This document shows, piece after piece, positions 53,901 through 64,000 of a DNA stretch of 64,000 nucleotides; position 1 is the stretch's first letter, and every line of letters starts with the position of its first letter. Source of the stretch: Eledone cirrhosa (Eukaryota); NCBI GenBank assembly GCA_964016885.1, contig OZ024740.1, positions 7,750,001 to 7,814,000 on the forward strand. The letters are read 5' to 3'. The notes under the pieces were generated by a model. The model searched no databases. It was not told the DNA's origin and worked only from the letters and a program-made list of their open reading frames with translations. The position numbers were made by a program, and so were the translations under genes.

Positions 53901-56900
53901 TCAGTTTCTATTGGTATGTCAGTTTCCATTGGTATATCAGATTCGATTGGAATGTCAGATTCTATTGGTCCATCAGTTTCGATTGGTAGGTCATTTTCTA
54001 TTGGTATGTCAGTTTCGATTAGTATATCAGTTTCTATTGGTATGTCTGTTTCTATTGGTATATCAACTTTGATTGGTATATCAAATTCGATTGGTATGTC
54101 AGTTTCGATTGCTATGTCAGTTTCAATTGGTATATCAGTTTCGATTGGTATCTCAGTTTCAACTGGTATGTCAGTTTCGATTGGTATATCAGTTTCGAAT
54201 GATATGTCAATCTCGATTGGTATGTCAGTTTCGATTGGTATATCAGTTTTGATTGGTATATCAGTTTCTATTGGTATATCAGTTTCAATTGGTATGTCAG
54301 TCTCGATTAGTATATCAGTTTCTATTGGTATGTCAGTTTCTATTTGTATATCAGTTTGTATTGGTATATCAGATTCGATTGGAATATCAGTTTCTATTGG
54401 TATATCAATTTCCATAGGTGTGTCAGAATCGATTGGAATGTCAGTTTCTATTGTTATATCAGTTTCGATTGGTAGGTCTGTTTCTATTGGTATGTCAGTT
54501 TCGATTATTATATCAGTTACTATTGGTATGTCAGTTTCGATTGTTATGTCAGTTTCGATTGGTATATCAGTTTCTATTGGTATGACAGTTTCGATTGGTA
54601 TATCAGTTGTGATTGGTATGTCAGTTTCGATTGGTATGTCAATTTCGATTGGTATATCAGTTTTGATTAGTATGTCAGTTTCTATTGGTATATCAGTTTC
54701 GATTGGTACATCAGTGTCGATTGGTATGTCAGATTCTATTGGTATATCAGTTTCGATTGGTATATCAGTTTCGATTGGTATACAAGTTTCGATTGGTATA
54801 TCAATTTCTATTGGTATATAAGTTTCTATTGGTATGTCTGTTTTGATTGGTATATCAGTTTCGATTAGTATGTCAGTTTCGATTGGTATGTCAGTTTCGA
54901 TTGGAATGTCAGTTTCGAATAGTATGTCAGTTTCGATTGGTATGTCAGTTTTGATTGGTATAACAGTTTCTATTGCTATATCAGTTTCTGTTGGATTGTC
55001 AGTATCGATTGGTATGTGAGTTTCGATTGGTATGTCAGTTTCGATTAGTATATCAGTTTCTATAGGTATGTCAGTTTCTATCGTTTTATCAGTTTCTATT
55101 GGTATGTCAGTTTCGATTGGTATGTCAGTTTCGATTGGTATGTCAATTTCGATTGGTATATCAGTTTCGATTAGTATGTCCGTTTCTATTGGTATATCAG
55201 TTTCGATTGGTATATCTGTTTTGATTGGAATGTCAGTTTCTATTGGTATATCAATTTCCATTTGTATGTCAGTTTCGATTGGAATGTCAGTTTCTATTGG
55301 TATATCAGTTTCGATTTGTAGGTCAGTTTCTATTGGTATGTCAGTTTCGATTAGTATATCCGTTTCTATTGGTATGTCAGTTTCTATTGGTATATCAGTT
55401 TAGATTGGTATATCAGTTTCGATTGGTATATCAGTTTCCATTAGTATGTTAGTTTCTATTGGTATATCAGTTTTGATTGGTATATCAGTTTCAATTTGTA
55501 TGTCAGTTTCTATTGGTATATCAGTTCCTGTTGGGATGTCAGTTACGATTGGTATATCAGTTTCGATTGGTATATCAGATCCTATTGCTATATCAGTTTC
55601 TATTGGTATGTCTGTTTCGATTGGTATGTATGTGTCGATTGGTTTATCAGTTTCGATTGGTATGTCAATTTCGATTGGTATATCAGTTTATATTGATATA
55701 TCAGTTTAGATTGGTATGTCAGTTTCGATTCGTATGTCAGTTTCGATTGGTATATCAGTTTCGATTGGTATGTCCGTTTCTATTGATATATCAGTTTCTA
55801 TTGGTATGTCAGTTGCGATAGGTATGTCAGTTTTTATTGGTATATCAGTTTCGATTTGTATGTCAGTTTCTATTGGTATGTCAGTTTCGATTATTATATC
55901 AGTTACTATTGGTATGTCATTTTCGATTGGTATGTCAATTTCGATTGGTATATCAGTTTCTATTGGTATGTCAGTTTTGGTCAGTATATCAGTTTCTATT
56001 GGTATGTCAGTTTCGATTGCTATGTCAGTTTCAATTGGTATATCAGTTTCGATTGGTATATCAGTTTAGATTAGTATGTCAGTTTCGATTGGTATGTCAG
56101 TATCGATTGGTATATCAGTTTCTATTGGTATATCAGTTTTGATTGGTATGTCAGTTTCGATTAGTATATCAGTTTGTATTGGTATGTCAGTTTCTATTTG
56201 TATATCAGTTTCTATTGGTATATCTGTTTCCATTGGTATGTCAGATTCGATTGGAATGTCAGTTTCTATTGGTATATCGGTTTCGATTGGTAGGTCATTT
56301 TCTATTGGTATGTTAGTTTCGAGTAGTATATCAGTTTCTATTGGTATGTCTGTTTCTATTGGTATATCAACTTTGATTGGTATATCAAATTCGATTGGTA
56401 TGTCAGTTTCGATTGGTATGTCAGTTTCTATTTGTATATCAGTTTGGATTGGTATGTCAGTTTCAATTGGTATATCAGTTTCGATTGGTATATCAGTTTC
56501 TATTGGTATGTCAATCTCGATTGGTATGTCAGTTTCGATTGGTATATCAATTTCTCTTCCTATATCAGTTTCTGTTGGTATGTCAGTTTCGATTGGTATG
56601 TCAATTTCAATTGGTATATCAGTTTCTATTGGTATGTCAGTTTCTATTTGTATATCAGTTTGGATTGGTATATCAGATTCGATTGGAATGTCAGTTTCTA
56701 TTGGTATATCAGTTTCGATTGGTAGGTCAGTTTCTCTTGGTCTGTCAGTTTCGATTATTATATCAGTTACTATGGGTATGTCAGTTTCCATAGGTATGTC
56801 AGAATCGATTGGAATGTCAGTTTCTATTGGTATATCAGTTTCGATTGGTAGGTCAGTTTCTCTTGGTATGTCAGTTTCGATTATTATATCAGTTTCGATT

Positions 56901-59900
56901 GGAATGTCAGTTTCGATTGGTATATCAGTTTCTATTGGTATGACGGTTTCGATTGGTATATCAGTTTCGATTGGTATGTCAGCCTGGATTTGTATGTTAG
57001 ATTGGATTGGTATGTCAGTTTCGATTGGTATGTCAGTTTCGATTGGTATGTCAATTTCGATTGGTATATCAGTTTTGATTAGTATGTCAGTTTCTATTGG
57101 TATATCAGTTTCGATTAGTATATCAGTTTCGATTGGTATGTCAGATTCTATTGGTATATCAGTTTCGATTGGTATATCAGTTTCGATTGGTATATCAGTT
57201 TCTATTGGTATGTCAGTTACTATTGGTAAATCAGCTTTGATTGGTATATCAGTTTAGATTAGTATGTCAGTTTCTATTGGTATGTCAGTTTTGGTCAGTA
57301 TATCAGTTTCTATTGGTATATCAGTTTCGATTGCTATGTCAGTTTCAATTGGTATATCAGTTTCGATTGATATATCAGTTTAGATTAGTATGTCAGTTTC
57401 GATTGGTATGTCAGTTTCGATTAGTATGTAAGTTTCTATTTGTATATCAGTTTCGATTGATATATCAGTTTCTATTGGTATGTCAGTTTGGATTGGTATG
57501 TCAGTCTCGATTAGTATGTCAGTTTCGATTAGTATGTCAGTTTCTAATGGTATGTCAGTTTCGATTTTTATATCAGTTTCGATTGGTATCTAAGTTTCTA
57601 TTGGTATATCAGTTTCTATTGGTATGACAGTTTCGATTGGTATGTCAGTTTCGATTGTTATGTCAATTTCGATTGGTAGATCAGTTTCGATTAGTATGTC
57701 CGTTTCTATTGGTATTTCAGTTTCAATTGTTATATCTGTTTCGATTGGTATGTCAATTTCTATTGGTAGATCAGTTTTTATTGGTATGTTAGTTACTATT
57801 GGTATATCAGTTTCGATTAGTATATCAGTTTCTATTGGTATGTCAGTTTCGATAGGTATGTTAGTCCTCGATTTGTATGTCAGTTTCTATTGGTATGTCT
57901 GTTTCGATGGGTATGTCAGTTTCGATTGGTATGTCAGTTTCTATTGGTATATCAGTTTCGAATGGTATGTCTGTTTCGATTACTATATCAGTTTCTATTG
58001 GTATGTCAGTTTCTATTTGTATATCAGTTTGTATTGGTATATCAGATTCGATTGGTATGTCAGTTTCTATTGGTATATTAGTCTCGATTGGTATGTCAGT
58101 TTCTATTGGTATATTTGTCTCAATTGGTATGTTAGTTTCTATTGGTAAGTCAGCTTCGATTAGTATATCAGTTTCTATTGGTATATCAGTTTCGATTGGT
58201 ATGTCAGTTTCGATTGGTATATCAGTTTCCATTGGTATGTCAGATTCGATTGGAATGTCAGTTTCTATTGGTATATCAGTTTCGATTGGTATATCAGTTT
58301 CTATTGGTATGTCAGTTTCTATTTGTATATCAGTTTGGATTGGTATATCAGATACGATTGGTATGACAGTTTCGTTTGGTATGTCAGTTTCGATTGGTAT
58401 ATCAGTTTCCATTGGTATGTCAGATTCGATTTGAATGTCAGTTTCTATTGGTATATCAATTTCCATTGGTATGTCAGTTTCAATTGGTATATCAGTTTCG
58501 ATTGGTATATCAGTTTCTATTGGTATGTCAATCTCGATTGGTATGTCAGTTTCGATTGGTATATCAGTTTCTATTCCTATATCAGTTTCTGTTGGTATGT
58601 CAGTTTCGATTGGTATGTCAGTTTCAATTGGTATATCAGTTTCTATTGGTATGTCAGTTTCTATTTGTATATCAGTTTGGATTGGTATATCAGATTTGAT
58701 TGGAATATCAGTTTCTATTGGTATATCAATTTCCATAGGTATGTCAAAATCGATTGGAATGTCAGTTTCTATTGGTATATCAGTTTCGATTGGTAGGTCA
58801 GTTTCTCTTGGTATGTCAGTTTCGATTATTATATCAGTTACTATGGGTATGTCAGTTTCCATAGGTATGTCAGAATCGATTGGAATGTCAGTTTCTATTG
58901 GTATATCAGTTTCGATTGGTAGGTCAGTTTCTCTTGGTATGTCAGTTTCGATTATTATATCAGTTTCGACTGGAATGTCAGTTTCGATTGGTATATCAGT
59001 TTCTATTGGTATGACGGTTTCGATTGGTATATCAGTTTCGATTGGTATGTCAGCCTGGATTTGTATGTCAGTTTCGATTGGTATATAAGTTTCTATTGGT
59101 ATGTCAGTTTCGATTGGTATGTCAATTTCGATTGGTATATCAGTTTTGATTAGTATGTCAGTTTCTATTGGTATATGAGTTTCGATTGGTATATCAGTTT
59201 CGATTGGTATGTCAGATTCTATTGGTATATCAGTTTCGATTGGTATATCAGTTTCGATTGGTATATCAGTTTCTATTGGTATATCAGTTTCTATTGGTAA
59301 ATCAGCTTTGATTGTTATATCAGTTTAGATTAGTATGTCAGTTTCTATTGGTATGTCAGTTTTGGTCAGTATATCAGTTTCTATTGGTATATCAGTTTCG
59401 ATTGATATATCAGTTTAGATTAGTATGTCAGTTTCGATTGGTATGTCAGTTTCGATTAGTATGTCTGTTTCTATTTGTATATCAGTTTCGATTGATATAT
59501 CAGTTTCGATTAGTATGTCAGTTTCTAATGGTATGTCAGTTTCGATTAGTAAATTAGTTTCTATTGGTATGTCAGTTTGGATTGGTATGTCAGTCTCGAT
59601 TGGTATATCATTTTTCGATTTTTATATCAGTTTCGATTGGTATCTAAATTTCTATTGGTATATCAGTTTCTATTGGTATGACAGTTTCGATTGGTATGTC
59701 AGTTTCGATTGTTATGTCAATTTCGATTGGTAGATCAGTTTCGATTAGTATGTCCGTTCCTATTGGTATTTCAGTTTCAATCGTTATATCTGTTTCGATT
59801 GGTATGTCAATTTCTATTGGTAGATCAGTTTTGATTGGTATGTTAGTTACTATTGGTATATCAGTTTCGATTAGTATATCAGTTTCTATTGGTATGTCAG

Positions 59901-62900
59901 TTTCGATAGGTATGTTAGTCCTCGATTTGTATGTCAGTTTCTATTGGTATATCTGTTTCGATGGGTATGTCAGTTTCGATTGGTATGTCAGTTTCTATTG
60001 GTATATCAGTTTCGAATGTTATGTCTGTTTCGATTAGTATATCAGTTTCTATTGGTATGTCAGTTTCTATTTGTATATCAGTTTGTATTGGTATATCAGA
60101 TTCGATTGTTATGTCAGTTTCTATTGGTATATTAGTCTCGATTGGTATGTCAGTTTCTATTGGTATATTAGTCTCAATTGGTATGTTAGTTTCTATTGGT
60201 AAGTCAGCTTCGATTAGTATATCAGTTTCTATTGGTATGTCAGTTTCGATTGGTATGTCAGTTTCGATTGGTATATCAGTTTGTATTGGTATATCAGTTT
60301 CGATTGGTATGTCAGTTTCGATTAGTATATCAGTTTCTATTGGTATGTCAGTTTCTATTTGTATATCAGTTTGGATTGGTATATCAGATTCAATTGGTAT
60401 GACAGTTTCGTTTGGTATGTCAGTTTCGATTGGTATATCAGTTTCAATTGGTATGTCAGATTCGATTGGAATGTCAGTTTCTATTGGTATATCAGTTTCG
60501 ATTGGTATATCAGTTTCAATTGGTATATCAGTTTCGATTGGTATATCAGTTTAGATTGGTATGTCAGTTTCAAATAGTATGTCAGTTTCGATTGGTATAT
60601 CAGTTTCGAATGGTATGTCAACCTCGATTCGTATGTCAGTTTCTATTTTATATCAGTTTGGATTGGTATATCAGTTTCGATTTGAATGTCAGTTTCTATT
60701 GGTATATCAATTTCCATTGGTATGTCTGATTCGATTGGTATGTCTGTTTCTATTGGTATATCAGTTTAGATTGGTATATCAGTTTCGATTGGGATGTCAG
60801 TTTCGATTGGTATGTTTGTTTCGATTAGTATGTCAGTTTCGATTGGTATATCAGTTTCTATTAGTATGTCAGTTTCTATTGGTATATCAGTTTCGATTGG
60901 TATATCAGTTTCAATTTGTATGTCAGTTTCTATTGGTATATCAGTTCCTATTGGGATGTCAGTGTCGATTGGTATATCAGTTTCGATTGGTATATCAGTT
61001 GCTATTGCTATATATGTTTTTATTGGTATTTGAGTTTCGATTGGTATCTAAGTTTCGATTGGTATATCAGTTTCGATTGGTATGTCAGTTTTGATTAGTA
61101 TATCAATTTCTATTGGTATATCAGTTTAGATTGGTATGTCAGTTTCGATTGGTATGTCAGTTTCGATTAGTATATCAGTTTCTATTAGTATGTCAGTTTC
61201 TATTGGTATATCAGCTTCGATTGGTATATCCGTTTAGATTAGTATGTCAGTTTCTATTGGTATGTGAGTTTCTGTCAGTATAACAGTTTCTATTGGTATG
61301 TCAGTTTCGATTGGTATGTCAGTTTCTATTGGTATATCAGTTTCGATTGGCAAAGCAATTCCGATTGGTATGTCAGTTTCGATTGGTATATCAGTTTCGA
61401 TTGGTATGTCCGTTTCTATTGATATTTCTGTTTCTATTGGTATATCAGTTGCGATAGGTATGTCAGTTTTTATTGGTATATCAGTTTCGATTTGTATGTC
61501 AGTTTCTATTGGTATGTCGGTTTCGATTATTATATCAGTGACTATTGGTATGTCAGTTTCGATTGGTATGTCAATTTCGATTGGTATATCAGTTTGTATT
61601 GGTATGTCAGTTTCTATTGGTAAATCAGCTTTGATTGGTATATCAGTTTAGATTAGTATGTCAGTTTCTATTGGTATGTAAGTTTTGGTCAGTATATCAG
61701 TTTCTATTGGTATGTCAGTTTCGATTGCTATGTCAGTTTCAATTGGTATATCAGTTTCGATTGGTATATCAGTTTCGATTAGTATGTCAGTTTCTAAAGG
61801 TATGTCAGTTTTGATTAGTATATCAGTTTCTATTGGTATGTCAGTTTGAATTGGTATGTCAGTCTGGATTGGTATATCAGTTTCGATTGTTATATCAGTT
61901 TCGATTGGTATGTAAGTTTCTATTTGTATATCAGTTTCTATTGGTATGTCAGTTTCGATTGGTATCTCAGTTTCGATTGTTATGACAATTTCGATCGGTA
62001 TATCTGTTTCGATTAGTATGTCCGTTTCTATTGGTATATCAGTTTCGATTGTTATATCTGTTTCGATTGGTATGTCAATTTCTATTGGTAGATCAGTTTT
62101 GATTGGTATGTTAGTTACTATTGGTATATCAGTTTCGATTAGTATATCAGTTTCTATTGGTATGTTAGTTTCGATAGGTATGTTAGTCCTCGATTTGTAT
62201 GTCAGTTTCTATTGGTATATCTGTTTCGATGGGTATGTCAGTTTCGATTTGTATGTCAGTTTCTATTGGTATATCAGCTTCGATTGGTATATCCGTTTAG
62301 ATTAGTATGTCAGTTTCTATTGGTATGTCAGTTTCGGTCAGTATAACAGTTTCTATTGGTATGTCAGTTTCGATTGGTATGTCAGTTTCTATTGGTATAT
62401 CAGTTTCGATTGGCAAAGCAATTCCGATTGGTATATCAGTTTCGATTGGTATGTCAGTTTCCATTGGTATATCAGTTTCGATTGGTATGTCAGTTTCAAT
62501 TGGTATATCAGTTTCGATTGGTATGTCAGTTTGTATTGGTATATTAGTTTCTATTGGTATGTCAGTTTCGATAGGTATGTCAGTTTCGATTGGTATGTTA
62601 GTTTCGATCGTTATGTCAGTATCGATTGGTATATCAGTTTCTATTGGTATGACAGTTTCGATTGGTATATCAGTTTCGATTGGTATGTCAGTTTCGATTG
62701 TTATGTCAGTTTCGATTGGTATGTCAGTTTCGTTTAGTATGTAAGTTTCCATTGGTATGTTAATTTCGATTGGTATATCAGTTTTGATTAGTATGTCAGT
62801 TTCTATTGGTATATCAGTTTCGATTGGTATATCAGTTTCGACTGGTATATCAGTTTCGATTGGTATATCAGTTTCAATTGGTATATCAGTTTCGACTGGT

Positions 62901-64000
62901 ATGTCAGTTTCGATTGGTATATCAGGTTCGATTGGTATATCAGTTTTGATTGGTATATCAGTTTCGATTGGTATATCAGTTTCCATTAGTATGTCAGTTT
63001 CTATTGGTATATCAGTTTCGATTGGTATATCAGTTTCAATTTGTATGTCAGTTTCTATTGGTATATCAGTTCCTGTTGGGATGTCAGTTTCGATTGGTAT
63101 ATCAGTTTCGATTGGTATATCAGATCCTATTGCTATATCAGTTTCTATTGGTATGTTTGTTTCGATTGGTATGTAAGTGTCGATTGGTATATCAGTTTCG
63201 ATTGATATGTCAGTTTCGATTGGTATATCAGTTTGTATTGATATATCAGTTTAGATTGGTATGTCAGTTTCGATTCGTATGTCAGTTTCGATTGGTATAT
63301 CTGTTTCGATTGGTATGTCAGTTTCTATTGGTATATTAGTTTCTATTGGTATGTCAGTTTCGATAGGTATGTCAGTTTCTATTGGTATATCAGTTTCGAT
63401 TGGTATGTTAGTTTCGATCGTTATGTCAGTTTCGATTGGTATATCAGTTTCAATTCGTATGTAAGTTTTTATTGGTATATCAGTTCCTGTTGGGATGTCA
63501 GTTTCGATTGGTATATCAGTTTCGATTGGTATATCAGATCCTATTGCTATATCAGTTTCTATTGTTATGTCAGTTTCGATTGGTATGTAAGTGTCGATTG
63601 GTATATCAGTTTCGATTGGTATGTCAGTTTCGATTGGTATATCAGTTTCTATTGATATATCAGTTTAGATTGGTACGTCAGTTTCGATTCGTATGTCAGC
63701 TTCGATTGGTATATCAGTTTCGAATCGTATGTCCGTTTCTATTGATATATCTGTTTTTATTGGTATATCAGTTCCTGTTGGGATGTCAGTTTTTATTGGT
63801 ATATCAGTTTCGATTTGTATGTCAGTTTCTATTGGTATGTCAGTTTCGATTATTATATCAGTGACTATTGGTATGTCAATTTCGATTGGTATGTCTGTTT
63901 CTATTGGTATGTCAGTTTCTATTGGTAAATCAGCTTTGATTGGTATATCAGTTTAGATTAGTATGTCAGTTTCTATTGGTATGTCAGTTTTGGTCAGTAT
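50910..64000 (+). repeat. 18-bp tandem satellite array, right arm (same family and orientation)
   Basis: Resumes in phase (tatcagtttcgattggta) immediately after the retroelement tail and runs to the end of the window. Confidence 0.99.
56400..60500 (+). repeat. Older, more diverged ~2.05-kb tandem duplication
   Basis: Offset 2054 (57624/59678, 57877/59931; marker 57864/59918), with visibly more differences between copies than the duplications in the B domain. Confidence 0.75.

Noticed and set aside
13-63956. Hundreds of ORFs of type MSVSIGISVSIG, IETDIP, FRLVYQ and FDWYVS (up to 787 aa)
   Set aside because: An 18-bp monomer with stop-free frames produces long ORFs automatically. They overlap in several frames and on both strands, lack unique domains, and are broken by amplified stops and frameshifts.
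1-64000. CRISPR array or diversity-generating cassette array next to a reverse transcriptase
   Set aside because: Repeats are contiguous with no unique spacers and there are no cas genes. The RT is a eukaryotic RTE LINE fragment, not a retron, DGR, group II intron or Cas-associated RT.

Overview
This window is eukaryotic (animal-type) satellite DNA rather than a gene-rich region. About 62.5 kb is one head-to-tail array, with no inversions seen, of an 18-bp monomer, consensus GTTTC(G/T)ATTGGTAT(G/A)TCA, roughly 3,470 copies. Nearly every ORF in the supplied track is a by-product of this 18-mer (VSIGMS / IETDIP / FRLVYQ / FDWYVS repeats). Diagnostic variant monomers divide the array into domains: A-type (1 to ~12.1 kb), B-type (~12.1-44.3 kb), A-type again (~44.3-52.7 kb) and a more diverged mixed zone (~52.7-64 kb). 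Recent kilobase-scale duplications are visible at offsets of 7901, 3476, 2629, 3692, 4033, 3745 and 2054 bp. The only unique sequence is a 1,472-bp, 5'-truncated RTE-clade non-LTR retrotransposon (49438-50909). It has an uninterrupted C-terminal reverse transcriptase ORF carrying a C4HC3 PHD-type zinc finger inside the RT domain, a structured 3' UTR (GNRA hairpin, duplicated putative H-type pseudoknot, terminal stem-loop) and a (TGA)7 tail. Its empty paralogous site lies in the same window (45692/45693). The retroelement resembles cephalopod (Octopus) RTE elements, but this is from memory and not verified. No RNA genes, CRISPR arrays or host genes are supported.
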